A stretch of DNA of 64,000 nt, from contig CM022669.1 in assembly GCA_012295275.1 (NCBI GenBank), positions 14,694,001 through 14,758,000 of the forward strand. The letters are read 5' to 3'. Below the pieces are notes generated by a model. That model was not told the origin of the DNA and did no database searches. It worked only from the letters and a program-made list of their open reading frames with translations. Position 1 is the first letter of the stretch; every line of letters begins with the position of its first letter. Below, one piece after another: positions 28,708-42,032 of the stretch. Both the position numbers and the translations under genes were made by a program. The stretch is from Chrysomallon squamiferum. Taxonomy: Eukaryota > Animalia > Mollusca.

Positions 28708-31700
28708 TGATGATGATAATATTAATAATAATAATAATAGTAATAATGATGATGATGATAAAAATAACAATGGTGATAATGATAGTAAAAATAATAATAA
28801 AGATAATGTTAATGATATTGATAATAATGATAGTTATAATAATAATGACAGAATAATGATAATGATAATAATTATGATGATAATAATAATCCCTAATAAA
28901 TATAGTTCATAAATAAAAAATAAAAAATTGTTTCCGTAACCATAAACAAGTTTATATTGGACTAAGAAACAAACACACCCACACACATCACCCTCCCCAC
29001 AGTCCACCCCACCCCGTACAGAAACGAACACTCATTTCTTTTCTCTCAACAATATATAAGGTTATTTAAAAAAAAAAAAATATATAACAAACAGTGTTAC
29101 TTACATCTTCCACAAATTTCAACACTTTTCTTTTCTTGGACTGTTTCTGCTGTTCTCTCTTCAACTCGGCGAGACGTTTGCGCTCTCCGTGTCTCTGTCT
29201 GCGCTCCTCACTCGTGTGAAAACGTTCTTTCTCGTCAATCTTGTCCAGCAGGTGGTGGTCCTAGCAGAGTAATTGTCATTTAAATTACCTGGGGTTCGGA
29301 TGGGTGGATGGATGGATGGATGGATGGATGGATGGATGGGTGGGTGGATGGATGGATGGATGGATGGATGGGTGGGTGGATGAATGGACTGATGGATAGA
29401 TGAGATGGACTGATGGACAGATGGAAAGATGTCTGTATGTGTCAGGACTGATGGGTGGATGGAAAGAAGATAGACAGATGGACTGAGCAAGTGGTAGATG
29501 AATGGATAAAAGGACTGACAGATGGATGAATGAAAGAAAACCAACAATGTCATAGATGGGTAAATGATCAACAAAATTCGAATATAAACTCTAAAAAGAA
29601 CTATGTGTAAGACTAACTTATCAGCAGTTTCTAATTTCAGTTAGAAAAAATAAAAAAATAAAAAATTATTTTTTAATTTAAAATTAAAAAAATAATTAAA
29701 GAGAAATGTGCAATTAAATAACATAAACTGACTGTCATAAAACTTAAGATAAAGGAGATCTGAACAATTTTATAATTGAGTTTACCTCCAGAAGTTCTTT
29801 GAATTGTCTTTTCAGCTTGGTCATTTCATAAAACCTCTGTTCTTCTAGACCTCTTCGTTTACACCATTTTCTAGTTCCTTGACCTTCAGCCTTCACCTAA
29901 ATAAAATATATCATACTCTAAAATAATGTAAAATAAAACTAAAAGATTTAATACTCAGTTATCACGTAAGGGGGCAAATGAAAATAACGGCCTCTGCTTT
30001 ATAATCAGATAAAGGAAAAAACAAAAGGTCTAATGGAAATATTAGTTCACTGCCATGCATGTTCTAAATCGGTGTTTCTTAAAACTGGTTATGCCAAACA
30101 CAGGGTTTCCACATAAGCTGTCACTGGTTATGTGCTGAATTTTAGTTTTGAGATTCACTATCTTTCTGAGAAAACATCAGATAAAATAAAGGGTAAAATA
30201 AAGGGTAAACTAAGGGCATAAATAGGCCAAAAAAACAACCCCCCACCCCAAGAAAAAACACCAATGGATTTTTAATTGTTTTAAGACTTCAGGTTCTGCA
30301 ATTTTTTCACACAATCTATATATAGGTTCCTTGAGTACATATGATGGAAAATGGAAAACACACCTGAATCCACTCATCAAAGGCATTGAGTAATGTAAAT
30401 GGATCACCATGGTCAGATTCTAAAGATTTCCTTGCAGCCTGAAAAATGTAAACAAGAAACATACAGATTTCCATGAATGTATGAATATATATGTATATAT
30501 AGCGAATAATATGCTGGTATATATTTATAACATAAGACAAAATTATGAAACATTCTCACATTTAATTGATCAGTGGACATAGAATTTTTTTTAGATATGT
30601 TTATATATATATGAATGAGAGCTGTGGAGAACAGATGAAGATTCAGCAATATCGTGAAAGTTCTGCAACAAGATGGACTTTGATTGTAGCTCAAGAAAAA
30701 CAAACAGTTAATATAAAATTAATATTAATTCTGTTTATATTTTAATAAGAATTCCTTGTAAACAACACAGACACACATAAGTATGTATGTATGTTTTTTC
30801 TCTCTCTCTCTCTCTCTCTCATTATATAAATAAATCTTTATTTTTCAGTTGAAAGGTATAGACTGTATTATTATTAATAATGTGGCTTACTACAGCATCG
30901 TGATCGTGCTGAGATCTCATTACAAATGGTGACTGTACACTCATTGCTGCGGCTATTGACAACACTGGATCAATCATCTAGACAGAAAATGTGAAAGCAA
31001 ATTCATTTTTAAAAAGAAAATTTAAAAGAAGAAAATTAAAATAAAAACGTTAATGGAAGGTAAAAAAAAAAAAAGGTAATATGAAATTAAAATATGACAA
31101 AATAATGTGAAATTATAACAAAAAAACGTAATGTGAAATTAAACAAAAAATGATAACATGAAGAAAAAAATGATAATATGAAATTAAATCAAAAAAAGAT
31201 AATGTGAAATTAAAACAAAAAAGATAATGGTAAATTAAAAAAAAAAATTATAAAAAGAGAAAAAATAAAAATGATAATTTTAAAATTAGAACAAAAAAGA
31301 TAATGGGAAATGTGAAATTAAAACAAACAAAAAAAGATACAAAATTAATTGTAAAAAAAGATAAATTAAATAAAAAAAACAGACAAATGTAAATTAAAAC
31401 ATTAAAAATAATGGGAAATTTAAAACCCAAAAAAACCAAAAAAAAAAGACAATTGGAAATTTAAAACAAAAAATTTAAAATGGGATTTTTAAACCAACAA
31501 AAGATAATGGGAAATTTAACATGAATAAGAAAAAGAACTAATTTATTATGATACCATTTATAGTTGACTTTACAAATTTTCTATTTAGTTACCAAAAAAT
31601 CATCAAAGTCTTTAAAATATACCATAAATTATCAACTAACACATACATAAGAAAAATATAATCAACTGTTCACATTAAACTATTAAAAAACAATAATAAC

Positions 31701-32107
31701 AATCTAAACAGGCTGACATTATATTTATTTTCTTGTCGCAGACAGATTTTTTTTTTTTTTAACTAATGAGAGAAAAGAGGGGAATCCTGGGTAATTCAGG
31801 TAAATTCAAGTGATCATACATGAAATATGGAACCCATTATCAGCATCTTGCCAATAACAACTTCGACTGGAAGTCTGGATAACATGTGGCCAATGGGAGT
31901 GAGTGTCTCATCTTCTGTTAGGGCATCCTGCAGTATATAAAACAAAGCAGTTTAATTATCTCTTCCTAAAACAAGGGTATAATGCAGATATGTAATAACT
32001 GTTTAAGTCTGATTAAATTGTGTATGGAAAGATAAGTTGTTTAAATTAACGCAAATTGTTCTAAAATATGAAATATTGAAATTACTAATATCAAAGAAAG
32101 ACACAAA

Positions 32108-32144
<37 letters not shown>

Positions 32145-33290
32145 ATAAACATGCATACATGCACATACGTAGATACACAAACGCACAAGATATATGTAAA
32201 ATACCTGTTCTTTCAAAAAACTGATAGAGTTTTCTATGCTTGACATATCTGGAGCTTCAATAAAAGGAAACCTGTTAAAAATTAAAAAAAAAAAAAATAA
32301 TAATAATAATAATTATTTGTGAATGCTTAATATAAAATTTTATCTACAGTTAAAATAATTTGTCTTACTGGGAGCTACAAATATGAATATCAACATGTTA
32401 TCAGTAATAGTTAATATAAAAAAACCTGAAGAAACATATTATACCTTTCTTGATCTACAAATAAATACAAACTAAATTTAGGACTGACAAAAACTGATTA
32501 TCATGAAAATTGGACAGTTCTCAATTAGATCAATTTACAAATTTATGAGCTATAACAAACTAAATTTAGGATTAAAGAAAAAAGTAAAGTATATACTTAT
32601 TTGATTAAAGAAGTGATTCTTGAGTAGATTAATTTATAAATTAATGAACTATTACTAACTAAATTTTGGATAACAAAAAAAAAGATGTAAATATATCCTT
32701 ACATAAAAGTTATTTTTTTTTTTTTACAGTTTATAATGATCCATACATACTTACATAAAAATTATAAACTTCTATTTCAGTTCGATCAACATATTAAATT
32801 TTGGAACAGGGAAAAGAGAATTAATTATACATACTTCCTTGCATTTGGTAGTCCCATGGAAAGCATTTGAAGTATGAGGGTGTCAAGGGTTACTCTCTGG
32901 ATTTCAGGCGTGGCGTATTCTTGGAAGTCATTGTAGTCTGATTCACCGTACAGTCTGTAGCAAACACCTGGACCAGTTCTACCTTGAACATTTATAACAG
33001 AAACAGTTTGTGTGAAATAATTATATCCATAAGTAATTATTTTTAATTGTATTGTTGCTGTTATTATTATTATTATTATAGTTATTATTTATTATCATTG
33101 TTTTTCTTGTTTTTACTTTTTTTTTGTTAGTTGTTGTTGTTATTATAATCCTTTAACTCATATTATTGCAATTGTTTGTTTTTTTCATTATGATTATGAT
33201 TATCATAATTAACATTTTTTATACAAAAAAAAAGTATGGACTTTTGACAATGCAAATCTTAAACGAAAGTGGCTATAAACCTCAAAATTT

Positions 33291-33324
<34 letters not shown>

Positions 33325-35659
33325 GAACATCAACAGAATAAATACAGATGTTACAAAAAAAAAACATAATATAAATACAAATAACATTTCACCTGCTCTT
33401 CCTTTCCTCTGTTCAGCACTGGCTCGACTGATCCAAAATTCTTGAAGCCTCTGCATTTTGCATTTTGGATCAAAATTCATTTCTTTCACCTAAAAGAATT
33501 TAAAATGTCAAAAAGGTCACTAGTTCCACAGGACTTCTTCTTGTATGTAGTAACTGATAGAGATATATTTATACTGAATAAATTTCAGAACATGGATGAT
33601 GGCATTTGGTAAATTGTTTCTGAAATAAAATTTTATATGTATTTTGAACTGTTACTGAAATATTTACATACCTTTCCTGAATCAATAATAAATCTCACTC
33701 CGTCGATGGTGACTGATGTTTCTGCAATGTTTGTTGACACAATGCATTTCCTAACACCATCAGGTGCAATATCAAAGACCTATAAGCAAAACAAGAAGAA
33801 AAACAAAAAAGAAACAAATAAATTCTATTTCTAAAAATGTGATACAAGTAAAAAAATGTTTCAGAAAATTCTGGAGAAGTTAAATGCCATGAATGGATTT
33901 AATATTTCAAAAGTCAAAACATTTCATTATAAAAGAACACCCTTTCATCTATAAATAATAGCAGGTACACGCATAACATGTGCACTTTCATGAATCTGCT
34001 TAATCAAAGTTCAGCAGACTGTATCACTGCTTTTCAAACAGCAACAGTGTTAACTTTCAAAGTTCACCCAGTATTAAAGAACCATGGACTCTAACCTGAT
34101 CTTGCTCTTGAATGGACAGTGCGGAATGTAAAGGCAGAACAATCCAGCCTTTTGTCTGCTGAGCGTACACACGGACAGCTTCAATAACAGTCATGATGTC
34201 AGACATTCCACTCAGAAATATCAGCAGGTCTCCTCTTTCTGAGGAAGGGTACTGAAAAACAATGGAGACAATCAAAATAAATTAAATCTAATTAGAGTTG
34301 ATGTATTTTATGTACATAAAATACAAATATATTATTTTTATTTGGGTGTAATAGCGAAAAACTGAAGAAACAAAATATGCATTTCTGGAACTGACTGATT
34401 TCCATACTAAGAAGTAAATATCAACTAATTTTAGAAAATTAAAAAGTGAGTTAAAAAACTGCTACTAGTGAAAAAACTTATTTGTTGTGTTTATTTATAT
34501 CTCTTCAATCTTATTGGTCTATATTAACTCATTTTAATATTCACAGAACCATCTTCCAGAATATATCGGGGAACCTGGAAATATTTTTACTTGTTCTATT
34601 ATATTTAAAAACTAAACTGTTAACCTGAACTTTGTTGCAATTATAATGTAATCAGTTTCATATTGAACATATGTAGTTTTACATGGGTAACACAACACTG
34701 TAATACCTCAGGAATTCAAATCTGCATTCTACAATCCTTTACTTCAGGTTAAAGTCATTAACTGACCTGTGAAAAATAAACTTTAAAGTTTAAATATACC
34801 TTATTGTCAATCAGCTGCAGAATTCTTATATATGGAGTTGGATCCATCTTTTCTGATTTGCCAACCATTTCATCTTGTTTTAGTGGGCTATACTGTAATT
34901 GTATGGGATACAATCGCCCAGGAACCTGCAGTAATTAAAAATATCAATAACAACAAAGAAAACAGATAATATAAAGAAAATAAATAGAGGAAAAATCAAA
35001 TACAAAAAAATAATGATTCTAACAGACCAACTTTTTAATTTTTCTTTTTATCCACTTTAGTATTACTATATGCTTATTATAATTCTAGTCTTTACACAAA
35101 CAGTTTCATTTTTAAAAACATCAAAGTCTAAATTAAAGTCTAAATAACTGATTTTGCTAAATAAAGTAAAAAATAATTGAAATAAATAAAACAGATTTTT
35201 AATAAATTTAAAAAAGGACGTCATACTGTATTTTGAATTCATCAAAACAGTTTTAAAAGGACCATTAAAAACTGATATTTAGAAGTAAAAAACAGTAATG
35301 ACTTTTGCTTTAAATAATAATTTAGCTTACTTTAATTACTGGAGCATTGTCAAAATAACCACTGAAGAGAGAGATGTTGATGGTGGCTGACATTAAAACA
35401 AGTTTTAGATCTTCACGTTGTTGTAACATACACTTCAGAACTCCAAGCAGAAAATCAGTAAATATGTGTCGCTCGTGTACCTGGTCAAGTTATATAATAG
35501 CATTGGTATACAATAAATGTTCTTTAAAAGAAATAAAATAATATATTTTGATTTGAACATGTCATTAATTATTCCAATATTTATGTGAAATTGTTTACAT
35601 TATATTAAATTTATTATCAAGCAATTGCAAACCATTGACAGACTTAATATGAAATATGT

Positions 35660-35710
<51 letters not shown>

Positions 35711-38700
35711 AAAACACTATATTTATATTTTAAATCAATACTAACAATTTAATAACAAAACCAAAAAAAAACCCACTTAATAATAAAATAATTATAACAG
35801 AACAAATTATTAAATATACAGGAACCAGAATTATCTTTTTTGTTTTAAAAACATAATCAACATCTTATTCAATATTTTGAAATGATTTGAAAAAATATAT
35901 TTGTTGACAAACAGCACATTTTAGTGGTTCTAAATGTCAGAAACTTATTATGTTTGAAAGGTAAAACATACCTCATCAATGACAATCACATTATACTGTT
36001 TTAAATAGGGATCAGTACTCATCTGCCTCAGCAGTAAACCTGAAATGTAAAACAAATATTACATACAATACAAATAACTGTTCTTGTTTGGTACGTATGT
36101 ATGTCTGTCTGTGTGTATTTGTGTATAGGTGCTTAATGTTTGTGCTACACTAGCATTTAAATCAAAACATCTCTCTTTGTCAAAATAGAAATATTAAAAA
36201 AATTTATTAATGTATTAAAACCAAATTACTATTCATAATAATTATTAATACAAAAAAAAGTACTGTGTTTTACCTTCTGTTAAGAAAATGACTTTTGTTG
36301 CTCTTGTTTTGGTCTTCTCAAATCGAACCTAAAACCAAAACGAACCAAACGAACCAAAACTGTTTAGTTTTCAATTTAGCATTACGGTAAAATCTGGGTC
36401 AGTTTGCTAAGTACATTTTTCTATATTAAGAAGACTGACTAATTAGAGAAACGAAAGCTGTTAAGTTTATTTCATAACCTAAAAAAGTAATTATTCATAA
36501 CACTATCACATTTTTTGCTTCAAAAAGTCTTGCTCTGATTCTGTATTTACAATGTTTCTATTTGACAACAGAATATAATTTAAAACGTTTGTAATGATTT
36601 GTGAACTGCAAAAACAAAAAATAAATAAAAACAAATTCTTCAACACTTTCTTAAAGCAAAAGATTGATAATAGACACAAGTAATTAACTGCATGTTAAAG
36701 TAAATCTGCAGCAGATTCTGTATTATGATAATAATTATTAACCTGATAAGCCACTTCTGAGCCGTATTCACGCAGAGTTTCATAGCCGACTCTTTTTGAA
36801 AGTGAGATGCAGGCTATTCTTCGAGGCTGTGTGCATGCAATGTTCTCAAAACCTCCTTCCAGCAGGTACTGGGGAACCTGGAATTATTTTCACTTGTAAA
36901 ATAATATTTGTTTAACTAATTTAATTAGTTTTACCTGTTAAATAATAGTTATTTTTACCTGTTAAATATTTATAAACTAATAGTGTTTATAAACTGAGAA
37001 TTATATTGTATGTTTGATTTGTAAAATCATTCAGGAGATAAACATACTCTAATTTTATTTCTGATACTGGTTTTTAACAGATTTAAACGTTAATAGTATT
37101 TACATAAATATTTTTCTTCTTATTTTGGGAACACAAACCTGAGTTGACTTTCCACAGCCAGTGTCACCAGCTACAACAACAATCTGATGTCTTTTTACCA
37201 TCCCAATAATCATCTGTTTGTACTGGAATATAGGCAGATTTCTCTGATCTTTTTGAATCTTCTTAATTTTGTTCAGCTGGTAAAATAGATAAAATAAAAT
37301 GAAAAAAAAAATGAAAAAAAGAAAAAAGAAAATAAGATAAAATAAAATAAAATAAAATAAAATAAATCGCGACACTGTACAAGCTCTTCAGAAACAAATG
37401 ACATCAGGAGACAAAAGATTTGTTTTCCTTCCACAATCATTCTTATGTAGCCTTTGATTTAAACTAGGTGCATGTACACTAAGTCTCGTTCTGTTTTAAT
37501 AGCTATTGAGGCATATGTTGGCCTATTTTACAAACATTACTGAAAAAAAAAAATAATAAACAAAATAAAAATAAAAATAATAATAATAATAATAATAAAT
37601 AAAAAATAAATAAACAAACAAAAATATAATTACTGACTTATATTTTTTACAACTTAAGACCACTGGTATTATTACTGAAGTCAAGAAAAAGCACATAAAT
37701 ATAATTTAGCAAACCATCTTGAACACAAATACAACATAAACATAGAATATTTTATAAAAAAGGAAGAAAATAAGAAATTAACCTTTTGTTTTTGTTGGAA
37801 GTCGAGGTAATGAAGAAATATATCTCTAAACTGTGTCACTCTTTCTTTTGTTAGTGATCTGTCGACTTCATAATCTGTGATAACAACAAAATATCTGATT
37901 TAATAAATAAAGAAGACATTAATTATTCAAGATGGAACAAGATGAAAATCACAAGAATGTTAACTGTGTAATTATACACCAATTTACATAAGGAGAGAAA
38001 ATGGAAATACTAATGAAGGACTGAAGAATCTCACAGGATGAATAATAAGTAACTTGTTTTTCAAAATATCTTGTACATACTGGAACAGTAATAAACACTA
38101 ATCAATACTCTCTGAGTGTACACAATGGCTTTTTCACATTCTAACCACTGCCCCAAGACTAGTATCTCAACTACTGTGGTAGGTGTTTCCCATATCGTTA
38201 TCTTCGAGCCATATATCATACAAAAAGTATTTAATAGGAAATAAAATTCTTACCAACCAGTCGGCCTTTCCTAAGAAAGAAATCAACATTTTTGCTGACC
38301 AGTGACATATTGATTCTGTATCTGTTGTCATAGTTTTGTGGAAGTCCCAGCTGACCACCAGAGGCACTGTTGTCAGATGCTGGATTACCTAAAGGTATAT
38401 TATGAAAAAAAAATTGTTAAATTTGTCAGCTTTCATTCTCATATTTTTTTCTCCTTTCTTTCCTTTTTTCACTCACTAATTCACACATCTAATGAAACAC
38501 ACACACTCATGCAACAAACTGAATAATTTTACATTCACAACTTGCTCTAAAACCATTGTTTTTGAGACTAAAATATATAGTTATTATTATATATAAATTA
38601 CCAGGCACATTTCTGGATAAAAGATTTCCAACACAAGAATACTATTCTGGGATGAAAAAAAGAAAAAACAAAAGGAAGGAAGAAAAAACTAACCTCTACA

Positions 38701-39696
38701 TATTTACTTACCTTTTGTTTTTGTGGACTTTTTCTTTCTTTGAAACTCAAGATACTTTCCAACAAACACCCAGAAATCTTCATATTCCCGAGTACCTCTA
38801 TATAACAGAAATTAAAAATAAATAAATATATAAATACTAAATGTTAGACACATTGACAAATTATTTTTAAAAACATTATTAAAAATAGAAAATAAATGGA
38901 CAGATGAAACAAGAGGATGAACAAGCTTTAATAATTATTCTTTATAATTCACATAAAATGTTAGTAACTCTATGTACCTTTTAAACAAACCTTATTACCT
39001 TTTGATAAAATCCTGATCTCTGAAGAAAATCTTATTTAAATCTGATTTATACTTTGTAAAATCAAAATTAAAATCTAATTCAGATTCAGATTCAGACTCA
39101 GAAGAATTTTCCTTTTTCACTTTTGAGTCCATTCTCTTTGACAACCTGCCTGTCTCTTTCTCACTGTATCTTTGTCTGTCTGTAATGTACACATCTCTCT
39201 CTAATGTAACATTTTCTGATTTTATTTTTAAATTATTTGATTTATTTTCATCTTCATCATCTGAAGTACTTTCAGATTTATAGTTTTCTTTTTTGTAATG
39301 AATGCTACTGACACCAGTTCTTTCCCTTTCTTTTCTATTTTCCTGAATTGTCTCCCTTCCTCTTTCACTGCAAAGAGTTGTTTCCCTTCCTTTACTACTG
39401 TCACGAATTGTCTCCCTTCCTCTTTTACTATAATGAGAGATTTCTCTTTCTTTTACATTATCATGAATTGTCTCTCGTTCTCTCTCACTGTAACGTATTG
39501 TTTCCCTTTCTGTCTCACAGTGATGACTTGTTTCTCTTTTTCTTTCACTTGTGATTTCTTTTTTCACATCTGTATGAAAATCAGTGTCTGGACTTTTGTG
39601 TCTGTGATGTTTATGTTTTTTCTTTTTATGTCCATGTGAATGTTTTTCTTTATCTTCATGAAAATCATATTTATTACTCCTGTGTTCATGAGACAT
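24635..39696 (-). CDS. DHX34: DEAH-box ATP-dependent RNA helicase DHX34 (NMD factor), about 29 coding exons
   Basis: Helicase motifs lie on successive exons: [10 protein letters not shown] (~37140-37170), DE|VHERH (35972-35985/35460-35480), MSAT (~35385), PLHSALS (~34115-34135), [12 protein letters not shown] (~33700-33740) and QRKGRAGR (~33395-33415). HA2 segments include [13 protein letters not shown]. The last exon (24635-24786) encodes the DHX34-type C2H2 finger [24 protein letters not shown]. The first coding exon is 38999-39696. Internal boundaries were not all checked. Confidence 0.93.
29297..29560. repeat. (GGAT)n microsatellite decaying into a degenerate GGAT/GGAC tract
   Basis: Seen directly; it produces the spurious ORF 29161-29574. 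Confidence 0.85.
31060..31520. repeat. Degenerate A-rich minisatellite (~25-30 bp, core GATAATG(T/G)GAAATTAAAAC) in a DHX34 intron
   Basis: Many diverged copies of AAAAGATAATGTGAAATTAAAACAA. Confidence 0.65.
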
Positions 39697-41030
39697 AGTA
39701 AAAAAGCTGTATTATTATTATTATTTTCTTTTGATATTCAGTTGTCATGCCAATCTTGTACAAAGAGCAACTGAAAGTAAAAAATATTAAAATAAAAATT
39801 ACAATTGCATGTATATATTGCTCAAACTCATTCACATTTACTTTGCCATAATCCTTCATCATCATTAATGCTAATGGTTAAAGAAAATCAAAACATTAAG
39901 AGAAGCATTATTTTATTTCAGACTTAAATTATTCATTCAGAAAACTCTGTACATTATAATATTTATAAAGTGAATAAAACTTTAATAACAATTTACGACA
40001 AAAGTCATACATACATACATACATATATACACACAACAGCTGCAGAAGCAAGTTTCATACAATTTAACACAAATGTGTATGTACACCTGTCTTGTTCTGA
40101 CAAAATATACAATAACTGTTGCACACTGTCGATTTAAACATCAGGTTTATTAATGTTCCTCTAATCCCAAGCAAGACAGACAAATCTCAATCTGCCCTGT
40201 CCTCATATTAAGAGGATAAAAAAATCATCAACAGTAGATTTGTTATATTCAGCCAAAACTAAATAATAATAAAATTAATAATATATATTTATAATTATTT
40301 TAACATATACATCTACTGACCTTCCTCTCTCTCTTTCACACACACAACACATACACAGACAGACCAAATCAGAAAATGACTTCTTAATGCAGTCATAAAT
40401 GGTATGGTAAGCTAACTGGAGTTCTAGTACAAGTAGTATTTCTATTACTGGTCTACCAGAATTATTTACAATACATAATTTCATTGGCATTTGTATTTTT
40501 TTAGTAATCATTCTTTTTAACAGACCTTAGAACAGTATATAATTCTTTTCAAAACTGTATTTACTTTCAACAAATTAAAAAAATAATAAATAAATAAATT
40601 TAAAAAAAAATGCATATATTGATATAATATATGAAATTGAATATATATTTAATGCAAATAAAACAAAAAGGAATCTAAGTACAGTAACTACTAGCACTTC
40701 TGGTTATCACTATTAGTATTAATCAGTTTCATGTAATACTGTAATACTAGTAGTAATAATAACACGTTCGAGATAATGCTCATTACGATTATGTTGACAT
40801 TCCCATTCACTCCATTCACCATTGTCACGATTGTTTCTGATTCTAAACGATTATCAACATTATTTACTATTAAAAATATCTATATATTATTAGTACATTA
40901 TACTGATTAGATCACCCGTATCTGATATACTAACTGATATATTACTTTAAGAGTTGTCAATCATCTTAAATTGTTTGTTCTTTTAGCACAGGCGTTATAC
41001 TGCTTTTCAAACGATAGATATTTCATGGAG

Positions 41031-41050
41031 GCTGCCATCTTGCCGGAAAT
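41031..41050. promoter_or_regulatory. Core of the putative bidirectional promoter between DHX34 and the RWD gene: YY1 site plus ETS site
   Basis: GCTGCCATCTTG (reverse complement CAAGATGGCAGC, the YY1 consensus) directly abuts CCGGAAAT (ETS/GABP-type core) between two divergent genes. Confidence 0.55.
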
Positions 41051-41330
41051 AAGCACACTCTACTAATGGATAAATATTTGATTTTTATATAAATATTGCG
41101 TATTCAAAATTAATGATATCTGTGTAAAAACACAACAAAAGAAAAATAGTAATATACATATTATTACTTTCTAATTGAGTATATTTTTTTAAATATGTAT
41201 TTATTTTATTCCTCTCTATATTATTTATCGATTCGTTAATCCGAATTTTAAGCGCCAGTTCCAAACAATTTTAAGATTAAGAATTTCTCTTTATTTTTGC
41301 TTTAGAAGTCTATGGTGTTTTCTCGACAGC

Positions 41331-41994
41331 ATGGAAACAGAAGATCGTGAGAATGTTATAAAAGAAAAAATTAGGTTTGTTTTCCTGAAAGTTAAATGTT
41401 TGAGTACAAAATTTGCACATTTGAAATCAGAAATGCGATTGCATTTATTACCTTGACCTGTCAAGTATCTTGTCAAATCTCTAATATATTTTTTACGTTG
41501 AAGAATAACTGAATAATATTTAGATGCAAATCCAACTACAGTTCATTTAATCACTTATAAGAAAACCAGAGTAAAATAAATTTCTTTACAAATTTTGCAA
41601 ATAATAACTTTCAATTTCTTTTTCTTTTCTTTTTTCTATCGTTTTCTTTTTTTTATTATTATTATTTTTAAATCATATAATATTACAATAATTTGTTTAA
41701 GATTACTGAGTGCATATTTCTTATTATTTAATTAATGCACTACTTGTAGTTGTACGATATGATATTTATATGATGAATCATGACGAAGCAACATGAAATC
41801 TCAATATTGACTTTTACTAGTTAAGCAACGTTAGTCGTTACGATCTCTTTTGAGGACTCACTGTTACTCATAAATTTGTGAGGCTTTTATCTTTAAATTA
41901 TGATTACTGAGTATATTATTATCTCTGAATAAAAATAAAGCTTCGATTAAAAAAACAAAACAAAAAACAACAACAATAAATATTAATGGCAGTG

Positions 41995-42032
<38 letters not shown>

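Noticed and set aside
29161-29574. 137-aa ORF rich in HPSI repeats
   Set aside because: Translation of a (GGAT)n microsatellite running into a DHX34 exon in the wrong frame.
30062-30190. Possible small hAT MITE (CGGTGTTTCTTAAA...TGAGAAAACATC)
   Set aside because: TIR match is poor and there is no TSD.
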